Part shown: in pieces, positions 40,905 to 54,124 of the stretch | Layout of the letters: each line of letters starts with the position of its first letter | Position numbering within the stretch: the first letter of the stretch is position 1 | Source: the human T2T-CHM13v2.0 reference genome, Homo sapiens | Direction: 5' to 3' (one strand) | Length of the DNA stretch: 64,000 bases | NCBI RefSeq assembly: GCF_009914755.1 | Contig: NC_060927.1 | Program-made: the position numbers and the translations under genes | The notes under the pieces: model-generated | What the model saw: only the letters and a program-made list of their open reading frames with translations | Database searches by the model: none | Told to the model about the DNA's origin: nothing

Positions 40905-41135
40905 AAAAACATGGGCTTTAGAATCTGACCTTCTGGCAGTTATGGCTTCCAGGATCAATAATTGTGTAATCTTGAACAAATAAGTGTATCAAATTAAGAC
41001 TCAATTTCCTCATCTGTGAAATGGGAGTGATAGTAGTACATAACCTCTCTACAGTATATTCAATAAGATTAAATAAAATACATGCAAAGTATAAAAACAG
41101 CACCTGCACAGAGAAAGAGCTCATTTTAAGGCCTT
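40905..41135 (+). mobile_element. MIR SINE
   Basis: tgtgtaatcttgaacaaa..ctcaatttcctcatctgtgaaatggg..gattaaataaaatacatgcaaag. Confidence 0.75.
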
Positions 41136-41395
41136 TCAATGCTGACCTTCTAGATTATTGACTGAGGGGAGCATTATGCTTTAGAAACCTAACTAGTTGA
41201 TGGTAGGTATGATGTTCTATTGAGAAACTTGAGAAGGGCACTCCACCCCCACACAGGTTCCTCAAATAAAGCTCCATTTTATCCTGAAGGGAGACTTGGA
41301 TTTTCTCCAGAATCTTTATAAAAATTTTGCAAAAAGACTCATCACCCTAAACCACCAAATATGGCACCAATAGTTCTGAAGTGAACAATTTTCAG

Positions 41396-41831
41396 AGATA
41401 CTCAGCCCCAGTCTGCCACAAAGTGCAAATGCAGTGGGGGTCGTCCTCTCACTGGCCTCAGAGGACCTCTGGCCCAGCCCAGGTGGCTCAGAAGGGCCAG
41501 TGGGCACTGGGCCTGAGAAGACCCCCACCTGCTCACCCAACGGCAGCTCCTGCCAGCTCAGCTGGGCTGGGCCTGGGGTCCCTGGGTCACCACATGGCCC
41601 CCTCCCACAGGGCCTTAGAGGCCACTTCTGCATCTCTGGCACTTTCTGTTGGAGCAACACGGGTCCCTCCATCGGGGGATGGATGCGGCCGCCAGTGTAT
41701 TCCCTTCCCTGAGAGTGGGGCCTCCCCAAGAGCTGACTCTGCACCTCCTCCTTAGCCCTCATGGGGCCCCAAGACATCTGAGAGTGTTGGGTGTAAGTGC
41801 GAAATAAAGAAATCCTCCCAGAAAAAAAAAA
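41396..41831 (+). pseudogene. Probable processed retrocopy of a GC-rich mRNA 3' end (parent unidentified)
   Basis: Abrupt GC-rich island (60-72% in three 60-nt lines counted) in AT-rich flanks; AATAAA 41803-41808, then A10 at 41822-41831; weak TSD candidate; not a repeat family I recognise. Confidence 0.6.
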
Positions 41832-42489
41832 TTATCGGCCTCAGAAAAGGAAATCTCAAAATGGCCCCATGGGGTTACTAGTCACAGTTGGTTAAGATTT
41901 TATACAGAGATGATCTCATTTGACCCCTATGAAGACTCTGTAAGGTGAAAATTATTTTGTAACGAATTTTAGCACCTCCCATGCCCTTTATGTGCAGTTT
42001 GACTTATTGAAGTTTTTGGACTCTAAGGACATGGAAGTAATAAGACATCCAATGGACTGTCAGGACTCTGAGCTCATTTGAGTCCTGCTATGCTCAATCT
42101 GGGAAGCTCATACTGGTGTACAATGCAGCAGTTTACAAAGCAATCCCAATGGGGTTGTGTACTAGCTGCTTGTTTGTTTGCAAGTGCAATTCCAGATGTT
42201 GATTTTTCATCTAGTCATCCCTTGCTAGTTTGGTGTCGTGTTGCCTTAGAGACGGTTTTCTCTATGTGTTATCTCTTGACAATTGATGTCAACCAGAGTC
42301 TTGCTTATCATCATGTGGAGATAGAAGACAGAACCAACAAGCAGTTGGACATTTTCTTAGCTCGTCCTGCTTGGAATTTCCTTCTCCAGAAGCTTCCTCA
42401 GGCCGTGTTTTAACTCATGGTAAAATATAGCTCATGTCGATTTAAAAAAAGAAAGCTCAGACATCCAGAGTAGAAAGAGTATCCGATAA

Positions 42490-42700
42490 CCTTTTCCTCC
42501 TTACTTTCTTCCTTTTATCCTTCTCCCTCTCCTCCTCTCTTCACTTACCCTCCTCTCTTCAGTCCATTCCATTCCATTCTAGTTTAATCTAGTCTAGTCT
42601 AGTCTAGTCTAGTCTAGTCTAGTCTATCCTCCCTTACTCCTCCCTTTCCCATCTGCCCCCTCCATCTCTCTCCATCTTACACATTAGTACACACACACAC
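42490..42700. repeat. Compound simple repeat: CT-rich, (CCATT)3, (CTAGT)7, short (CA)n
   Basis: Directly visible; pentamer register runs 42564-42623. Confidence 0.9.
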
Positions 42701-45419
42701 TTAACTTTTCCTCAGAAATCTCAGCGCAAACTCGTTGGAAATGCTTAAGGCTAAATCAAAAGTGAATAAATGTTTCCTTTACCAGGAACTTTAACTTTTT
42801 CTTTGAAGTTTAATTTAGTTCCTGAATGTTAAAGATGATATATTTGATATCTGTAAATCTGTCTGTACTCGTCTGTGCATGTGAATATATATACATGAGC
42901 AAAAATGAAAAAAAGAAAATAAAATCCCCCCAACTTCTGCTTTGACTGCAAGATTAGAGGTTCTAACTTCTTGATTATTCCTTAACAAGAACATTTTAGA
43001 GAAATCAGTATCTTTTGTCCTCATTCCATATAGATTACTGCAGTTTGCAGACAGCCCTTTTTGCATATTATGTAAATAGAAAGTTACATTAACAACACTG
43101 TAGGTAATGTAGGAACATTTTTTTAAATTTCTCTTTTTTTCTTATAGAAAGAGCTTCTGATTAAGAGCTGTGAATGCTGTTCATATTTAATTCCTTGCTG
43201 ACTCCCGAAGTACTGTCTGGGATGCCTCAAATACTTTTTGTAAAACCATTAGTATTTGGCACTACCCATCCCAAAAAGATCACAAGTTAGCCCAATGGAC
43301 AATGTAGAATTTTGAATATATCCTGCTCTGAGTTACCTAGGTGAGAGTTAAAGTGTGTGTGCTGGCAGGTGGGTTATCAAAATAAAATCTAACATCCATA
43401 GGTAGCATTTTTATGTAAGTGTTGGGAATATGAGAGGTGGTGGGAGGAAGCAGAATCTCAGAGCACTTCAGAGCTGGATAAATAAGCTCTAACTTCAACA
43501 GAGAACAGGAGGGAGTGGGAGAGGGAAAGAGAGCCTCGATGCTCTTTACAGGGTGTGTCAAGTTATACAGACACAAATAGAGTCAGCGTTTTGGTGATGC
43601 ATGCTATGAATTTTGAAAAATATTAGAATAATGAAATGCTGCTTGGTAGCTGATTACAACATATGATAGGTTCACAAAGAGATGCATAAACCTATGCTAA
43701 AATTTATTCCAAGGACAACACAACAGTAGTTAAAAAAAATCTTCACTTTAGAGTGACCTTAATTGTTACTGGAAACAAAATATTCAGCCTTCAAAGTACA
43801 TTGGTGGCCCTGGCCCCTGACTCAACAGAAACTCTAGAGACAATGTCCTGCCCCACCACTGACTTTCTCAGGTCCCCAAAATCTACAGAAGTGAGTAATC
43901 TACCAGCTTTCCTACAAATACGACTTCCACCTTAACACAGAGAAGAAAATTGCTCTGTTGAATTCAGAAGAAGTATCTGATTATAGTTCATAAAGCTACA
44001 AAAAATTATATGGTTTCATCAGTTTATGAGACTGTCTCACCTTAAGAAGTCAGTAAAATTTCTCTCCTTGAGAAAATAGAGTTTATAATGTTTCTATACA
44101 ATCAGTGTTGAATGGATTCCTCCATGCTCTTTTTGGAAATGTTTGTTGTGATAACATGTGACACAATTTACTTATTGTTGTGGCAGTAGGAGTTTAATGT
44201 GATTGAAAGCCATCAAAAGGCATAGCATCTGAACGTCAAACATGACTTGTATCTGTAATTCCCGACGGCGATTTGGATGCCTGTTGATTCTTTTCCTCAT
44301 TCACAGTGATTTTTTCCCCCTTTCCACTAAGTGGCACTGTGTTATTTGCATTTTTCTGTTCAGGTCAAAATATCCAAACATTTGGAATGGTGGCATGAAA
44401 ACCAGTTTAAAGCTTTGTTGTAAATTTCTACTAAATAGATTGGGATAGGAAAAAAGCAGCAATTAAATTTTTAAATTTTTATAAGAAAAAATCTTCTATG
44501 AAGCTTTCTCTTTTCTGTATTTAACTCTTTCCCACTTTTTCTTTCCAAATTCATTAGCCTCCAAATAAGCACACCATATTATATATGTCGAAGGAAGTTT
44601 TATTTAGACTTATAAGGGCTGATCTATTCCCATACTGTTTAAATTAATGTTCAAAAAAGAATTCAAACCACATTCTAACATTTGGACTATGTAAGAAGGA
44701 AACAGATTTTTTGGGGAAAAAAAGATGTTGTTTTAGCTAGGCAGAATGGGCTGTAGGAACATAGACACGTGCAGACTGAATTTCTAAATGTGTGTATTAT
44801 CTGATAAGATCTGTGCTGCTCATGTGTCAATTCAGAAAGTAAATGAGTACACGAGCAGATTTTTTTCTTTCCTCTTTTTTTTCTCTCTATCCCTTCCTTT
44901 TTTCCTTCCTTCCTTTTTATTTTATTTTATTTTTTCACTTTTTCCATTCTCCTCCTTCCTTTCTTCTAATAGTATAGGATTTACTTTTATCTCAGCCACC
45001 TGCAGCCTAAGGCTTGGAAACATTCTGGTTCTTCACTAACTGGTGACATTTCAGACCAAATTAGCCCCAGAAATGCAAGGTGACTTTAATAATAAACTAG
45101 AGCTTTGAAATAGAATAGCCTGGATTTGCATCAGGTGTAACATTTTGAGAATTCAGTTCTGATTACCCTCTCCAAATACAACACACCATTGACAGGCAGA
45201 ATGCTCTGTCAGGTTGGCATCTATACAACCAGCCTACATTTAAAAAATCATGAACAAAAACAAAGTTACTGACTTTGTATGTGAGTGACCACCTTTAGTT
45301 TTCATTAGAACAGATTTTTCCAGTTTCTCAAGTGCAGCAAAAACACTGCCAGATAAAGAAGCACAGATACAACCTTAGAAAGAACTGTGAGGCCAGAATT
45401 CTGCGCATGTATGTGACTC

Positions 45420-45460
45420 TGTGTGTGTGTGTGTGTGTGCGTGTGTGTGTGTGTGTGTGT
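45420..45460. repeat. (TG)~20 microsatellite with one interruption
   Basis: Directly visible. Confidence 0.95.
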
Positions 45461-46129
45461 TGTGGAGGGTTCTTTTTGAAACTAATATATTACATTCCAA
45501 TTAGCCAGCTTTTAGCAGTTACTTTCTTTGGTGTTTTGGCTTCTATTTGTAGCATGTATGGTAATATACTTTTTCTCATAAATGAAGTGTATTTTTTAAT
45601 TAGAAAAATAAAAGAAATTAGCCAGAAAAATATCAGTCTACCTTTTTTAAAAATACATCACCTTTTAGAGAATAGCACCACTCTGTCTAGAAGATATAAT
45701 ACAAGATATAATAGCATTTTCCTTTAAAACTAGCTAACATTCAAGAACAGATGAATTTGTAGACTTCCTCAGACAAATGGATCGCAGAGAACCTGGAACA
45801 GCATTGAAACCAGCACCATGCCATGAGCTAGTGTTACTGGGGAGGGGGAACTGTCCCAATGTCTTCACATGAAGACAAAGGCTAGTGAAGTGGTGGCGAG
45901 TTGGCATGCTTTCCTTAGCATATATTAGTCCTTTGGAATAATCTTTAAACCAAAAGAACTGTATCAGGGACATTTTGGTTTATTTACAATAGACTTGTGA
46001 AGAGTCGCAAGCCATTATTGGATTCAAATGAACCCAAGTAACCTATTTAGTTTTCTTCAAGTTAACGTCTCCCAAACTTGCTTGGCCTTGCATCCCTTTT
46101 AGTTAACCACATGTATTTCACTCCCAATG

Positions 46130-46553
46130 GACTAGTTCGACAGTCAAGGTAGACTATATTATACTGACGTAATGAAGAGCCTCCCAGATGTCAATAATTT
46201 ATTTCAATAAAGATTTGTCTGTTTCTTACATCATGATCCATGTTCAGCATGTCCTTAGGGATCAGCAGGAGTGCTGTGTTCACGGACCAAAACTGAAGGA
46301 AGAGCCATCATATGAAGCAGGCCAGTTGCTGTGCTAGAGGGAAAACAGAAAGCTCAAGAATATTCCACCCAAACACCAACCTCTAGGTGCTCTGAATCCG
46401 AGGTGACTCACAGCACTTCCGATCACAATTAATTGTGCAGAACTAGTCATATGGTTTCATCCACACACAAGAGGACAGGAAATGTAATCCCAACATATGC
46501 CCAAAAGGCAGAGATCCCAAAATAATTTGAGAACAGTACTAATGACTACCATA
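46130..46553 (-). mobile_element. MaLR LTR, MLT1J-like
   Basis: cagaactagtcatatgg..caggaaatgtaatcc..atgcccaaaagg..gaacagtactaatgactaccata. Confidence 0.7.
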
Positions 46554-47864
46554 CATAGTAGTTTTCAGAATATATTTTAAGACTTCCTGGACAACTTATT
46601 ATGTCTCTTACATGCTCCAAATCTCATTGTTGTGCATTTTTCCGAGATCAAGTAGAGTTTTACCCGAGAGAAAGAGGAGATATGGCAATCCAACACACTG
46701 AAAATACTCCAATTACATGTGAAAAATACCTTTTTACATTTGAGCTTCATAAAAACCCTATTATATGTGTTGGGCAAAGATTATGATAAGCAATTTTTTT
46801 CATGAGAAATTGAAAGGTGAGTGAAATTACCCTTCTGAGTTGATATAGTATTCAAATGGTTTTTGTAAATCGGAAGGAAACACTGGGAGATGGGAAATGT
46901 TAACAGGTTCAAACCCTGAGACAGTTGAGCTAGCAAGAAGTATCACTGCAGTTCAGTGTTATTCTGAATTCAACCAGATTTATCCAGGACTGGTACCAGG
47001 GTTGGAGAGATTATTGAACAAAAATATAGTGAGAAATAAAGCTCACTAACAAAAATGTTAAAAAAAAAAAACAAAAAAACAAAGTTTTGGTGAGGTGCCA
47101 AGAGGTGACAACTTGCTTCATAAATATCTTGAGAGCTTCTGGCCACTCAAAGCAATGAACACTGAATCATTAAAGAAAAAATTCATGCAGTGACATCAAA
47201 AAGAAGATTTTAACTTGCCATTTCAGCCTCAACAAGGACAGTTAAAAGTCAAATAAAAAATAAATTCTGCATTTTTAATGTGCTGTTGGACTCCTATTGA
47301 GGAAGATAAATTCTGATTTATTGTTGTCTGCCTCAGAAAGAAGATGGCAGCACAGAATGACATTTTATAGCTTTGTTTTGGTTTGATAGTGTAGGTGGGG
47401 GTACCAGGCTGTGGGAGAGGGTATGCCATGACAGACACTAGCAAGCCACAAGCCACATCTCATTACCCATTTCACGTCCTGCCTCACCTCCATCTCCCCC
47501 AACCCCTAAATCTACCATAATTAGTCTTGTGATGCTTACTTTGCACCAGCCACACGCCTGAGGCATTATCTCCTATCTGTGGTATTATGTGCTGCAATCC
47601 CACAGCTAAATGTGGTAACCCAAATTTCACAGAGACGCTGTAGCAGGCTTGCTGAGATAACCCATCTTCGTATGTGGAGTGCCAGGTCACACGGAGCCTG
47701 TAGGCTTGGAGTGCTATGGATGCTTTGTGTAGCTTCTTCCTACGCACCCTATAGCTTACCCATCCTTCCAGAGATCACAGGAACCCTAAATAGCAAATAT
47801 GGCATCCTAACTAGAACACCACCTGTTTTGTGCAAGTGTACATGGGCTTCTGCCACCCGGCTGC

Positions 47865-47898
47865 TTCTCTCTCCCTCGCTCTCTCTCTCTCTCTCTCT
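47865..47898. repeat. (CT)n repeat
   Basis: Directly visible. Confidence 0.9.
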
Positions 47899-48189
47899 TT
47901 TGGTGGAGAAGAGGCAAAGTTTAGGGTCCATCTCTGTTGTCTGCTGACTAAATATACATAAAACTGGTAGATATGGGCTCATTGTCTATCCTCAGGCCAA
48001 CAGTACCTGTGCCACCTACACAAACACAGTGACCTACATATATCTCTCACATATGTTCCTTTGAACATTTTACATATGCTTGCAGGTGCTGGGATCCTGG
48101 GCAATAAAGATCATTGTTTGACAAGCCTCTTTGTTCCACATTTCAGAATATCTGTGGCTTTTTGTTGTCAAAAGAGATATATTCTTTTG

Positions 48190-48252
48190 TCTCTCTCTCT
48201 CTCTCCCCCTCTCTCTCTCTCTCTCTCCCTCTCCCTCTCCCTCTCTCTCTCT
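48190..48252. repeat. (CT)n / (CCCTCT)n repeat
   Basis: Directly visible. Confidence 0.9.
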
Positions 48253-50019
48253 GGTGTGGGATTGCTTAGAAGCATGCAGGTTTTGACATATGCTTTTACC
48301 CGAAAATGTATCTGCTCCTGCTGCTTTATTGGACCCCCTAATTACCTGTAAAAAAATAATAATAAATTGGGCAGGTGTTTGCTCTTCCAGTTGATTAATT
48401 GACAATGATTTCACTACAATTGACGGCAGAAAGCTAGGAAGCTGTGGGTTGGGGTTCATCAGCTTGAGAGGACAATTTACAAAAAGCTAAAATTGCCTGA
48501 AAACTGTATGTTTTTCATTTCAGGCTTGGAAATGTCTTAGTCCCAGTATTGAGCCCTGTCACATATATAATTCTCTGTTTTATATACATGAAACTCTGGA
48601 GCTGATAAAATGAGCTTAGAAATTTTTTTTTCCCTAAGTGAAAAAGATCACCCAGATCAGTCACTATTATGTGTTGAAAGAAGTGCATTACAGCAGGAAG
48701 AGTGAAGTCTGATGTAAACTTGCCCATGCTTTTTCACTATGTCATTGGTGTTTTGCTTTTCAATTTACCAGTATCAGCAGCAGTAGCAGCCAGCCTCAGA
48801 TGGTCTCTGAGGACCATACTTCCTAGAATATTAGCATAGTGAGGTTGGGGGGATTCCATATTAATTTTTTTATAGCTTCAAAGAAAAGCACACGATATTT
48901 TCATACTGGTGAGTGAATAAAAATGCACTAAAAAATAAAGAGATCTAAATTTCAGAAACAGACAAAACCAAGCACGCTCATATTTGATCAATACTAAAAC
49001 TTTCCAGGTCTTTCAGGGATCCTAGTAACATACAGAATACATGAAATATTGAGATTTTATTATTTTAATTAAGAGTCCTGGGCATAAAGCATAATTTCAG
49101 ATTACCAGGTTTTTAGGATAGGAATAGATTGGCTAACAGAATTTTCCATGAAAAAGAAAGTGGTGAACTATGTAAAATAAGTTAGATTCAAGGTTTGGCT
49201 GGAGTTCAGGCCATATTTTTATGTTGATCCTTAGAACTCATTCATTCACTCTATTTTTATTTTACAGCTGAGCTTGTAAGCATGAATAATGTAGATACAC
49301 AAATAGCATAGAAAGTGACTGTAGCCAGGAGGTAGTGAGAGAGAGAAAAGAGTCCATATTTCCTGAAAACAACTCCAAATAGGAAAGACATTTTCATGCT
49401 TTTTAGAAGACAATAACAAATGAAGGCAGTAATGCTTATCAATGCAATGCATCCATCGAAATATTTTTTTTCTAAACATAGCTATTAGAAGCCAACTTAC
49501 AAAGAATTAATTTGACCTTTTAATCGTATTTTTTAACTAATCAAATTTATAAGAGAAAAATAATGATATTCTAGAATCGTATTACTGAAAGCACAAAATT
49601 GATGACCTCTCCTTATCTTTAAAGAACCCCTCAACATATGATTGCAATTCAAAATATTTTAAAGAAACATTTCAACAAGCCTAGCAGGTTATTTAATAAA
49701 CAACGAGTATAAGAACTCTTTCTTAAATGTTTACATAAAGAAATTATATTATCCTTCACTATAATGAAAAGGTACAAAGTGGAGATTTTTAAATATTGTG
49801 TATTTTCAGCAAATGGCTTTGGGCACTGTATCTATTATTTGAGATAGCTATTCTTGGCTATAAAACTTCCTCATGTTATTTTGATATTCTGATTTGCCAA
49901 ATAGATAAAGGGTCCAATTCTAACTTGCCCTTTCATAAGAAAGAATAAAAAACACACAGAAGTACTTCATTGAAAATTTTTTTTATGGAGAGAGCATGAG
50001 TTTCCTTCCCTTGCTTTAG

Positions 50020-50028
50020 AAAAAAAAA

Positions 50029-50067
<39 letters not shown>
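50020..50067. repeat. A-run followed by (AT)18
   Basis: Perfect AT alternation 50032-50067. Confidence 0.95.
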
Positions 50068-50069
<2 letters not shown>

Positions 50070-51392
50070 GCACACATTAACCTTACTGAAGCATTTGTAT
50101 GGTCAGTTTCTTTTCAGCTTTAAAAATTCAGATTGAATATGCCTCTCTCTAATAACTTTATAAGCCACCTCTCTGCTGTTATAACATTGGTTAAGTAAAG
50201 CAGACATTTGCTGTAAGCCTGAATGATCTGAGGGCATTAGGCTTCTGTGCCCTAGTCCAATGTGTTCTTAAAAATTAAGACTTTCCTAAGGAAATAGCAA
50301 CAATTCCCAAACTCTAGCAGTAAATTATAATACTAACAATAATGTATTTTATACAGGTGAATTAATCTAACTGTCTCAAGAACACACACCACACCACACA
50401 CACACACACAATGACCACTCACACAGCTTTCCAAAGATGGCACAAATCAAATTAACTTTTGAAAAGGCATGGAGAGGATGGCAATCGAGAACTTCTTAAA
50501 GAAAATATAGGCTTCTTTTTTATAAAATTCTCCATTTCCCAAGTTCTACCTAAGCACCTTGATTGCTTTATGTATTAAAATGTGTATACTCAACTCCTGC
50601 TCTGGATAGGCTGTGAGTCGGGAAAGACACAAAGCAGACAGGCATATCCCAGCTGTAAAATTGCACACTTTACCATAAGTGAGCAATCTAGACTACCTAC
50701 TTCATCCCCTTCTACCAAAATATTGCATTTTCTCTTTCAATAAAGATGTTTTATAATGGCAATGAGGTGCTGTAACTCATGAAGTTTCTGCTGCTTACTT
50801 GCTCTCTGTGTCCTCTAACTCCCACTCTATCATGAGAGCATATGTTGTATCTCTGTCATGAATTATTATTTGATGATTCCATGTTGAAATTTGCACTTGG
50901 AAGGCAGTTTCCCCACCCTCACTGCAAAGCTTCCTGCTTATTCTTAGACGGTCCATATTGTCTAATGGCTTCCATGTTGTAAAACAATTCCTCAGGTGCT
51001 GCATCCAGGAGCTTGGTCTCCTAAATTCTCAATTAGCAAAACCATCCTGAACTTATATAGGTACCTAAGGTGCTGTGCCTCTTTTTTTGAAATAACCATT
51101 TGTGTACACTATATTCAAGAATGAGATTTGCTCTTCCGTGAGCGAACTCAATTGCAAAACATTTCAGTTGGCAATGATAAAAATCTCACTGGCATGAAGT
51201 GGGGGAAGAGGCATCTAGTTTTTCATGCAATGCCTTCTACCTTTCTCCCTAATAATAAATTTAGTGGATGGAGAGTAATAATATGCATTGTGTTTTAGTC
51301 TTTGTGATTCTGACTTTCATCAAGAGGATTCCAAACTATTCCCTGGTGGGTAGATTTTTCTTTCAAGTTAACATTTGGTGGTTCTCTCTTAA

Positions 51393-51600
51393 CAGTGGTG
51401 TATCAGAGCTGGCTCATACTGGTTCACGAGAACCAAATAAGCACACTTTTTTGTACTTTTGGTAGACAGCTAAGCTAGTTGGCTTGAAATAAGCTATTGT
51501 GAGAGAATTTACACCACAGAAATCAATAAATGCCATAAATCAGGGCTTTCTTGGGAGACAACTGGTGTTGGTTGCTAAACAGTTACCAACACACCAACAC
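51393..51600 (+). mobile_element. MER63A-like DNA transposon
   Basis: cagtggtgt..gagctggctcatactggttcacgaga..gcttgaaat..atttacaccacagaaatc..aaatcagggc..taccaacacacca. Confidence 0.8.
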
Positions 51601-51759
51601 CGCCTACCTAGTAAATAAGGTATTCTAAAGGTGCCAAAAGTACCATAAATAGCAGTCCTAGAATGAAAGTGGCTAACCTCTAGTTGTAAAGGTAACACAT
51701 AAAATAAGGTAAAAATAGTTTAGGTAATTAGCAGAAAAGATGTTAGGTTGGCAATGTAA

Positions 51760-51990
51760 CTTATTAGCTAAGCACCCAGGCTTGGTTCAATTTGCATCGG
51801 TCCCCTTGCTAGTTGAATACCTGTCAGCAACTCACTCACTTCTCTGAACCTCAGTTTAATTTACTGTAAAATGGAAATAAAAGTTAGTTTCCTCATGTGG
51901 TGGTTTTGAGGATTAACTGAGATGATGAATGTATATAGTGGTTGCTTGGCACACACTGAGGGCTCAATACATTTTGGCCATTATTATTAA
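51760..51990 (+). mobile_element. MIR SINE
   Basis: cacttctctgaacctcagttt..ctgtaaaatgg..ttgaggattaactgagatga..ggcacac..gctcaata. Confidence 0.75.
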
Positions 51991-52039
51991 AGACACGTAG
52001 TTGAAAAATTGTCAGCCTCATCTTAGTTGCAGTTGCTTA

Positions 52040-52497
52040 TCTACCTAATTCCACCTATGCATGCCTTCTTTATTGTCGTCAGGTGTACCAAGTTTGTTCT
52101 GGCCTCTGAGCCTTTGAATCTGTTGTTCCTTCTGACTGAAAATCTCTCCTGTGGAATTTTGCCTGATTGGCTCTTCTCGTTATTCTGGCATCAATTCAGA
52201 TGTTAACTATTCAAAGAGGACTTCCTTATTCACTCTTCCTTGGCCACACATTCTAACTCTCACCCACCTGGTCATCATGTCCCAGATTTTCCTGTTCCAT
52301 ACTTCTATAGAAGTTATCATCATAAGAAGTTTCTGCTTTGTTTGGTTGTTTTTAACTATCTCTCTTACTGAATCAAAGACCCATGAAAGCAGCAATCTCA
52401 TTTGTCTTTTCCTTTGTGTAATCCCAAGCACCAGGAATAATGCCTGGCATGTAGTAGGCATGCAATAAATATCAGTGAATGAATGAACAAATAAATG
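52040..52497 (+). mobile_element. L2 3' end
   Basis: cccaagcaccaggaataatgcctggcatgtagtagg..caataaatatcagtgaatgaatgaa. Confidence 0.8.
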
Positions 52498-54124
52498 GTG
52501 ACTTTGGAGCCAAAATAGTGAATTCACTACTTAGGTGGCAGGCTGATCTACAATTCTATTTTTAGTCCAATTAAGGGTTGTTTTTGATAATAAAATAGCA
52601 ATATTTATGGATCCACAGGAGGTAAACAAAAAGTTCATTAATGCTCTGGATAAATAAAGGAGTGAGCAATAGAAAATCTATTGACATATTTAATCAGGAA
52701 ACTGTGAAATCAACTAGACATAGCTGATTTTGTGAGGCATGGAAAGATTGGATTCAGAATAACCTGATTGGGTAGATTTTTTAAAATATTATGTACACAC
52801 TGCTAAAGGTTTATTTCTGTGATCTTAGCATAATGATTGGAAATAAGAAAGTGGTATTTAAATTCCCAATCATTAACCATCCTGATTATTATATTTTGAA
52901 TGGGAGGAAAGATATAATGTGAACTAGCCTTCTTGGTATGCAAGAGTTTCCATAGACTTCTGTGCAGGTGTGTAAGTGAGACTGTTTTCTCCCTCATGGT
53001 ATTTGTTTGAGCATACAAAGAGGGGGTGAGGAGTGCTGAAGAAAGAAAGACAGAATAAACCAGTTAGCATAAATATTTTTAATGCTTGTGGTATCGAATA
53101 ATGAATTAAGCATTTCTATGTGAAGGGATATTTTTTAAAGATCATGAGAGGTTTGAAGAGCTTTAAAAAATACCACTCTAAAAGTGAAGGACTTTAATTA
53201 ATAGAAAAAATATTTGCTATATATTACACTTATACAGTAGGATTAGGAAAAGTGTTACGAAGTAAGAAATAGAATTTTAGCAAAGGCATGTATTTCTTGC
53301 CTTATTGAGGAAAAGGCATTTTTTAAGTGGAAGCCAAACTATAAATGCAAGATATGTGGATGTAGAGCTCTTTATCTTACATCTGGATTAAATGCTCAAG
53401 GTCCTATATTTTTCTTTATTTTTTAGATTAGCTTGGATAGAGGAGGAGGTGACATGCATAACGTTGATAGCATTTTCAATTACATTGTGGATATACAGTA
53501 AGATTGAACATTTGAAAGAATTACAGAAACTCCCAGGTGTCAGTTGCAGGAGATTTAAAAGGCAGTTATTTAATGCTTTTATGTATGTGTGTGTGTGTTT
53601 ACATATGTATATACACACATAATAGTCATTATCATCATTCTGAGGCAAATAATTCAGATAGGTACATAGCTACACATGATTGTTTGGACCTATTTTAATA
53701 TCTGCATTTAGAATTTTAAGAATTAGTTTCAGATTCTTAAAAATATAAAAGCTCTGGATTTCCTCTGCCAAGTATTTCACAATTGCGCTTACATGGTCTA
53801 AAATGCAACAAATTTAGGAGAATGATATTTTATATAAAAACAAACAGGCACTTAACTACTACACATGTAATCTATTGTTTACCAAAACATGTAAGCCCAT
53901 ACCTCATACAAATTCTCGTGCCCACACTTGTACAAAGGCTACTTCTTATCGTTGTTAATGTATGACACTATGTAGCCAGAGATTGATCCTAAATTAGAGT
54001 ACACTATGTAGAAACGGCATCTGGTAACAACTTGCCATATGCTAGAAATTTTTAGGTGCTATGTATATTTTATTTCATTTAATCCTCATAACAATTTATA
54101 TATATAATATATACATATATTATA

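Noticed and set aside
41316-41777. Three overlapping ORFs (153, 124 and 92 aa)
   Set aside because: Expected from high GC; no recognisable domain or splice context; better explained as a UTR-like insert
41400-41800. Possible CpG island or promoter (NotI site near 41685)
   Set aside because: GC-rich but CpG-poor, and ends in a poly(A) signal and tail
48335-48370. Minus-strand tttttttacAG|GTAATT juxtaposed splice motif
   Set aside because: Weaker donor, A-interrupted pyrimidine tract, and antisense to the presumed host; similar weak AG|GT words recur on + near 14354, 21630, 34417 and 60209
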